Of a DNA stretch of 43,687 nucleotides, positions 39,585 through 43,687 are shown piece after piece. A program made the translations under genes and the position numbers. The stretch spans positions 1-43,687 of the forward strand of contig JAGCNQ010000086.1 in NCBI GenBank assembly GCA_017645845.1, written 5' to 3'. The DNA comes from Bacteroidaceae bacterium (lineage in GTDB: Bacteria > Bacteroidota > Bacteroidia > Bacteroidales > Bacteroidaceae). The notes beneath the pieces were generated by a model. That model was not told where the DNA came from, ran no database searches, and saw nothing but the letters and a program-made list of their open reading frames with translations. Within the stretch, counting starts at the first letter, position 1. Every line of letters begins with the position of its first letter.

Positions 39585-41747
39585 ATGAGAAACTTCATTT
39601 CCACATTCATCCTATTGTTTGCCCTGACTGCTCAGGCGCAGGAGAAGACGACGTTTCAGACAGCAGGACCTTGGAAGCCCGTTACGGACATTCGTTCCGA
39701 CCTCGTTATGGTGTATGGTGCCAACGATAGCCGTCGGATGACATTCCGCGAGCGTGTGGATTCGTGGCGGAAGCATGGCTATACTACCCACTTCATGACG
39801 GGCATTGCTTGGGGTGAGTACCAGGACTACTTCACAGGCAAGTGGGACGGGAAATGGCATCTGGACGAAGGGCAGAAAACGTCAAGAGGCGATACTATCT
39901 GGCACGGGCGGCTCATTCCCTATATCGTTCCAACAAAGAACTACCTGTCGTACTTCAAAGAGCGGCACATCAAGCCTGTAATAGATGCAGGCATAGACGC
40001 CATCTTCCTGGAGGAGCCTGAGTTCTGGGCTCGGGCAGGATACAGCGAGGCCTTCAAACGCGAATGGCAGGAATATTACGGCTTCTCTTGGCGGCCTCAG
40101 CATGAGAGTGCAGAAAACACCTACCTTTCCAACAAACTGAAGTACCACCTCTATTACCGAGCCCTCGACGAAGCCTTTACCTACGCCAAGCTATACGGAC
40201 AGGAGAAGGGAATGAACATCCGCTGCTATGTGCCCACCCATTCGCTACTCAACTACTCTCAATGGCAAATCGTATCGCCCGAAGCCTCCTTGGCTTCTCT
40301 GGAGAGCTGCGACGGCTACATCGCCCAAGTGTGGACAGGAACCTCGCGCGAACCCAACTATTTCAACGGGAAGGCCAAAGAACGCGTCTTCGAGACAGCT
40401 TTCCTGGAGTACGGATGTATGGAGTCTATGACGCGTCCGACAGGCCGTAAGATGTTCTTCCTGACCGACCCAATAGAGGACCGCGCCAAAGACTGGGAGG
40501 ACTACAAACGCAACTATCAGGCCACCTTCACCGCCCAGCTGCTTTATCCGCAGATAGCCGACTACGAGGTTATGCCTTGGCCCGACCGTATCTACGAAGG
40601 GCTGTACAAAGTGAGTGCTGACAGCGACGAGAAAGCACATATCCCCCGTTTCTATTCCACACAGATGCAGGTGATGATAAACACCCTCAACAGTATGGCG
40701 CTTTCCGAAAACCGAGTAAGCGGTTCGCAAGGCATCTCTGTGCTGATGGCCAACTCCCTGATGTTCCAACGCTCTCCACGTCCTGTTGAAGGGTACGACG
40801 ACCCTCAACTCTCTAACTTCTACGGCGAGGCGCTGCCCCTGCTCAAACGAGGTGTACCCGTCAGTATCACACATCTGGAGAACGTGGGATATGCCGATAC
40901 CTGGAAAGGATTACGCATCCTGCTGATGTCCTACAGCAACATGAAGCCGCTCTCGCCCGAGGCACATACGCATCTGGCAGAGTGGGTAAGGAAGGGCGGC
41001 ATCATTGTCTATTCAGGCAGGGACGACGACCCCTATCAGAGCGTCTTGGAGTGGTGGAACCAGAATGGCATGAACTACAAAGCACCCTCGCAGCACCTCT
41101 TCTCCCTGATGGGCATCCCCGAAAAGGCCGAGGAAGGCGAATATAAATATGGTAAGGGCAAGGTCTATGTGCTGCGACACGACCCCAAAGAATATGTGCT
41201 CAGCGAAGGCGGGGACAAGCAGTTTGTGGAAGTCGTCACCAAAGCATACGGAAAACTGGAGATGAAGAACTCCTTCTATTTGGAACGCGGCCCCTATACC
41301 CTTGCTGCCGTACTTGATGAGGATGTGGTCAGCAACCAGCCACTCGTACTCAAGGGCGACTATATCGACCTTTTCTCGCCCGAACTCACCTACCATTCAG
41401 AACTCAGCATACTGCCCGGCACACAGGCTTTTCTCTATGATTTAAGGAAGATTGACAAAAAACGCCCTCAAGTGATAGCTGCAGCCTCGCGACAGTATGA
41501 TGAGAAGGCAACGGAAGACGGGTACAGCTTCACCTGTAAATCTCCCCTCTACACCACCAACATCATCTGCCTCTATCTTCCCAAGACAATCACTTCGGCA
41601 GGTATTCAATGTACCGATGCTGTAGGGAATCCCGTAAATCATAGGCTGAGGACTTCGGAAGCGCCCGCCAACACCCTTGCCGGCCGCCTGTTCTGGCTCT
41701 CTTTCGAGAACTCGCCAGAAGGAGTAAAGGTTAGTATTGAGAATTAA
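39585..41747 (+). CDS. secreted protein of unknown function (720 aa), possibly a TIM-barrel glycosidase-like fold
   Basis: Signal peptide MRNFISTFILLFALTAQAQ. The long ORF shows normal codon bias. The segment IDAGIDAIFLEEPEFWARAGYSE only loosely suggests a glycosidase-like barrel, and no family was recognised. Confidence 0.6.
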   Translation: MRNFISTFILLFALTAQAQEKTTFQTAGPWKPVTDIRSDLVMVYGANDSRRMTFRERVDSWRKHGYTTHFMTGIAWGEYQDYFTGKWDGKWHLDEGQKTSRGDTIWHGRLIPYIVPTKNYLSYFKERHIKPVIDAGIDAIFLEEPEFWARAGYSEAFKREWQEYYGFSWRPQHESAENTYLSNKLKYHLYYRALDEAFTYAKLYGQEKGMNIRCYVPTHSLLNYSQWQIVSPEASLASLESCDGYIAQVWTGTSREPNYFNGKAKERVFETAFLEYGCMESMTRPTGRKMFFLTDPIEDRAKDWEDYKRNYQATFTAQLLYPQIADYEVMPWPDRIYEGLYKVSADSDEKAHIPRFYSTQMQVMINTLNSMALSENRVSGSQGISVLMANSLMFQRSPRPVEGYDDPQLSNFYGEALPLLKRGVPVSITHLENVGYADTWKGLRILLMSYSNMKPLSPEAHTHLAEWVRKGGIIVYSGRDDDPYQSVLEWWNQNGMNYKAPSQHLFSLMGIPEKAEEGEYKYGKGKVYVLRHDPKEYVLSEGGDKQFVEVVTKAYGKLEMKNSFYLERGPYTLAAVLDEDVVSNQPLVLKGDYIDLFSPELTYHSELSILPGTQAFLYDLRKIDKKRPQVIAAASRQYDEKATEDGYSFTCKSPLYTTNIICLYLPKTITSAGIQCTDAVGNPVNHRLRTSEAPANTLAGRLFWLSFENSPEGVKVSIEN

Positions 41748-41755
41748 AGACCTCC

Positions 41756-43618
41756 CTACTCTATTTCGCTGAGTTCGAGCCAGCGCATGGATTTCTCGTC
41801 GAGAAGGTCGTTTACGACGGGCAGGCGCTTGCTCATATCGATGATTTCCTGAGTAGTAAGGGTACCACTACTGAGAGCAGCCTCGATATCCGACTTCTCC
41901 TTCTCCAAGGCATCTATCTCTTCTCCCAAAGCCTGGAACTCCTGCTTCTCGCGGAAAGTCATCTTGCGCTTTCTCTCTCCTTGAAAACTCTGAGTATTCC
42001 GAGTATTCTGAGTACTCTGTTTTTTCTGAGGCGCCGGCTCCAGTTTCTCCCATTCACGGTACTGTGTATAGTTGCCTGGAAAGTCCTTTACGACACCATC
42101 GCCCTTGAAGACAAAGAGGTGGTCAACAACCTTATCCATGAAATAACGGTCGTGACTGATGATGATGACACAGCCCTTGAAATCCTTCAGGTACTGCTCC
42201 AGTATTTGCAAGGAGTTGATGTCCAAGTCGTTGGTCGGCTCGTCAAGTACCAGGAAGTTAGGGCTTTGCATGAGAACGGTACAGAGATAGAGTCGCCGTT
42301 TCTCGCCACCCGAGAGCTTGTAGATATAGTTCTGCTGCTGCTGGGGCGAGAACATGAAGTGCTGCAGGAACTGCATAGCCGAGAGCTTTTGTCCACCTCC
42401 GAGGTCCACATATTCTGCTGTCTTACGAACGGCATCGATGACCTTCATTTGCTCGTCGAACTGCATTCCATCCTGGCTGTAATAACCGAAACGAACGGTC
42501 TCGCCTACGACAAATCGTCCGCTGTCGGGCTTGACTAGACCGAGTAGCATCTTGACGAAGGTACTCTTTCCCGTTCCGTTATTGCCCACAATACCGAGTT
42601 TCTCGTAACGCGAGAAATTATAGTAGAAATCTTTGAGTAGGACGAGGTCGCCATACGCCTTGCTTACATACTCGGCCTCGAAAATCTTGCTCCCGATGTA
42701 GGCGGACTTCATTTGGAGCCTGACTTGTTGCTCTTCGATACGGCGATGCGCCTGCTTCTCCAACTCGTAGAAGGCCTCTTCACGATAGCGAGCCTTGTGT
42801 CCTCGAGCTTGAGGCATACGACGCATCCAATCGAGTTCCGTGCGGTAGAGGTTTGTAGCACGAGCAATCTCAGCCCTCGCCACTTCCAACCGCTGTGCCC
42901 GCTGCTCGAGGAAATAGGCATAGTTCCCGTGATAGGTATAGATGGTCTCATCGTCCAATTCGAGAATAACCGAACAGATACGGTCAAGAAAATAGCGGTC
43001 GTGTGTGACCATAAGAAGCGTAACATTGGAGCGAGACAAGTAGTTTTCGAGCCACTCTATCATCTGAAGGTCCAGATGGTTGGTCGGTTCATCGAGGATG
43101 AGCAAATCGGGCTCCATAATGAGCGTATTGGCCAAAGCCACACGCTTGAGTTGCCCGCCAGATAACTGCGAGAGAGGCTTGTTGAACTCCGTAATGAAGA
43201 GCTGCGAGAGGATGGTCTTGGCACGTGTCTCATAGTCCCAGGCCTTCTGCTGTTCCATACGGTCCAAAATGTCCTGCAGGCCCTCTTGAGTCTCGGAGGC
43301 CATACAGGTCTCATACTCACGGATGAGGTTCGTTGTCTCGTTTCCGTGCCAAAAGCAAGCCTCGATAACAGTAAGATCGAGGGGATAGCAGGGTGTCTGC
43401 TCAAGATAGCCGACGCGAAGGTCGTTACGAAAGACAATTTGCCCCTCATCGGCCTGATCCATCCCGCCCAGAATGTTGAGTAGCGTACTCTTTCCTGTGC
43501 CGTTCTTGGCGATGAGACCCACTTTCTGGCCCTCGCCTATGCTGAATGAAAGGTCCTTGAAAAGCGTCTTGTCCCCTACGCTTCGCGTCAGATTCTGTAC
43601 TTGTAAGTATGAAACCAT
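41756..43618 (-). CDS. ABC-F family ATPase (two ABC domains, no TM domain, Uup/EttA-like) with C-terminal coiled coil
   Basis: 620 aa. There are two Walker A sites (GKNGTGKST, GNNGTGKST), two LSGG signatures (LSGGQLKRV, LSGGEKRRL), an inter-domain linker and a charged C-terminal helix. Confidence 0.9.
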   Translation of the reverse strand: MVSYLQVQNLTRSVGDKTLFKDLSFSIGEGQKVGLIAKNGTGKSTLLNILGGMDQADEGQIVFRNDLRVGYLEQTPCYPLDLTVIEACFWHGNETTNLIREYETCMASETQEGLQDILDRMEQQKAWDYETRAKTILSQLFITEFNKPLSQLSGGQLKRVALANTLIMEPDLLILDEPTNHLDLQMIEWLENYLSRSNVTLLMVTHDRYFLDRICSVILELDDETIYTYHGNYAYFLEQRAQRLEVARAEIARATNLYRTELDWMRRMPQARGHKARYREEAFYELEKQAHRRIEEQQVRLQMKSAYIGSKIFEAEYVSKAYGDLVLLKDFYYNFSRYEKLGIVGNNGTGKSTFVKMLLGLVKPDSGRFVVGETVRFGYYSQDGMQFDEQMKVIDAVRKTAEYVDLGGGQKLSAMQFLQHFMFSPQQQQNYIYKLSGGEKRRLYLCTVLMQSPNFLVLDEPTNDLDINSLQILEQYLKDFKGCVIIISHDRYFMDKVVDHLFVFKGDGVVKDFPGNYTQYREWEKLEPAPQKKQSTQNTRNTQSFQGERKRKMTFREKQEFQALGEEIDALEKEKSDIEAALSSGTLTTQEIIDMSKRLPVVNDLLDEKSMRWLELSEIE

Positions 43619-43666
43619 GCTGTTTTTCCTGCAAAATTAGACAAAAAATAGAGAAAAACAAAGAAT

Positions 43667-43687
43667 TTTTCACTTTTCACTTTTCAC
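43667..43687. repeat. tandem 7-mer word array (TTTTCAC x3), truncated by the window end
   Basis: Read directly from the sequence, upstream (gene sense) of the ABC-F gene. Confidence 0.6.

Noticed and set aside
37459-40874. Minus-strand ORFs of 332, 302 and 209 aa.
   Set aside because: They are antisense to the fasciclin lipoprotein and the 720-aa secreted protein genes, with shadow-type composition.
43632-43639. TAATTTTG box as the ABC-F promoter.
   Set aside because: It is an exact TAnnTTTG match but lies only 14 nt from the ATG, implying a nearly leaderless mRNA. It is too uncertain to list as a feature.

Overview
The window looks like a chromosomal segment of a Bacteroidota genome, probably Prevotellaceae. 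Three observations support this. Exact TAnnTTTG -7 promoter boxes sit upstream of most genes. Three proteins end in T9SS-type C-terminal sorting tails (...GVYIVNGKKV..K). The PPi-dependent phosphofructokinase, LysS, GpsA and AsnA are of the Bacteroidales type. All homology calls come from motif recognition by eye; no database search was run.

Gene content, in order:
- pgi (partial)
- a GH43/CBM6 enzyme and a frameshifted CE1-like esterase, both T9SS cargo
- gpsA, lysS, a GH25 muramidase, pfp, a Tat-signal metallophosphoesterase
- an ECF sigma factor with a membrane partner
- a 2369-aa T9SS surface protein (GLUG, BspA-type LRR, DUF285 repeats, and an unnamed module repeated 4-5 times) with a tightly coupled unannotated 54-codon ORF
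- a small helical protein, an HxxxxD acyltransferase, a 979-aa amidase_3/FN3-like secreted protein
- ygiQ, a DUF4494-like protein, yggS, an acyl-CoA ligase, MlaD, an amidase, asnA, a TonB-dependent receptor
- a small accessory patch: lipoprotein, KilA-N remnant, TlpA-like membrane redoxin
- a 1.3 kb ORF-free region
- a fasciclin lipoprotein, a 720-aa unknown secreted protein, and an ABC-F ATPase

Main hunt results:
1. A dispersed family of about 66-94 bp nested-hairpin palindromic elements (CCCCTCC...CTCCCC-n-GGGGAG...TTTAGAGGG). They are inserted in frame, always in the same orientation and reading frame, into lysS (twice), pfp and a TonB receptor. Solo arms lie in the GH25 gene and in intergenic DNA. 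This is formally analogous to Rickettsia palindromic elements.
2. A 151 bp structure in the large noncoding gap, with inverted triple GTATCAG heptamers around an AT-rich core, followed by five exactly 22-bp-phased iteron-like direct repeats.
3. 7-8 nt tandem word arrays in almost every intergenic region, and a thrice-repeated mini-ORF leader module (MK[PI]FH..).

No CRISPR array, rRNA or tRNA was seen.
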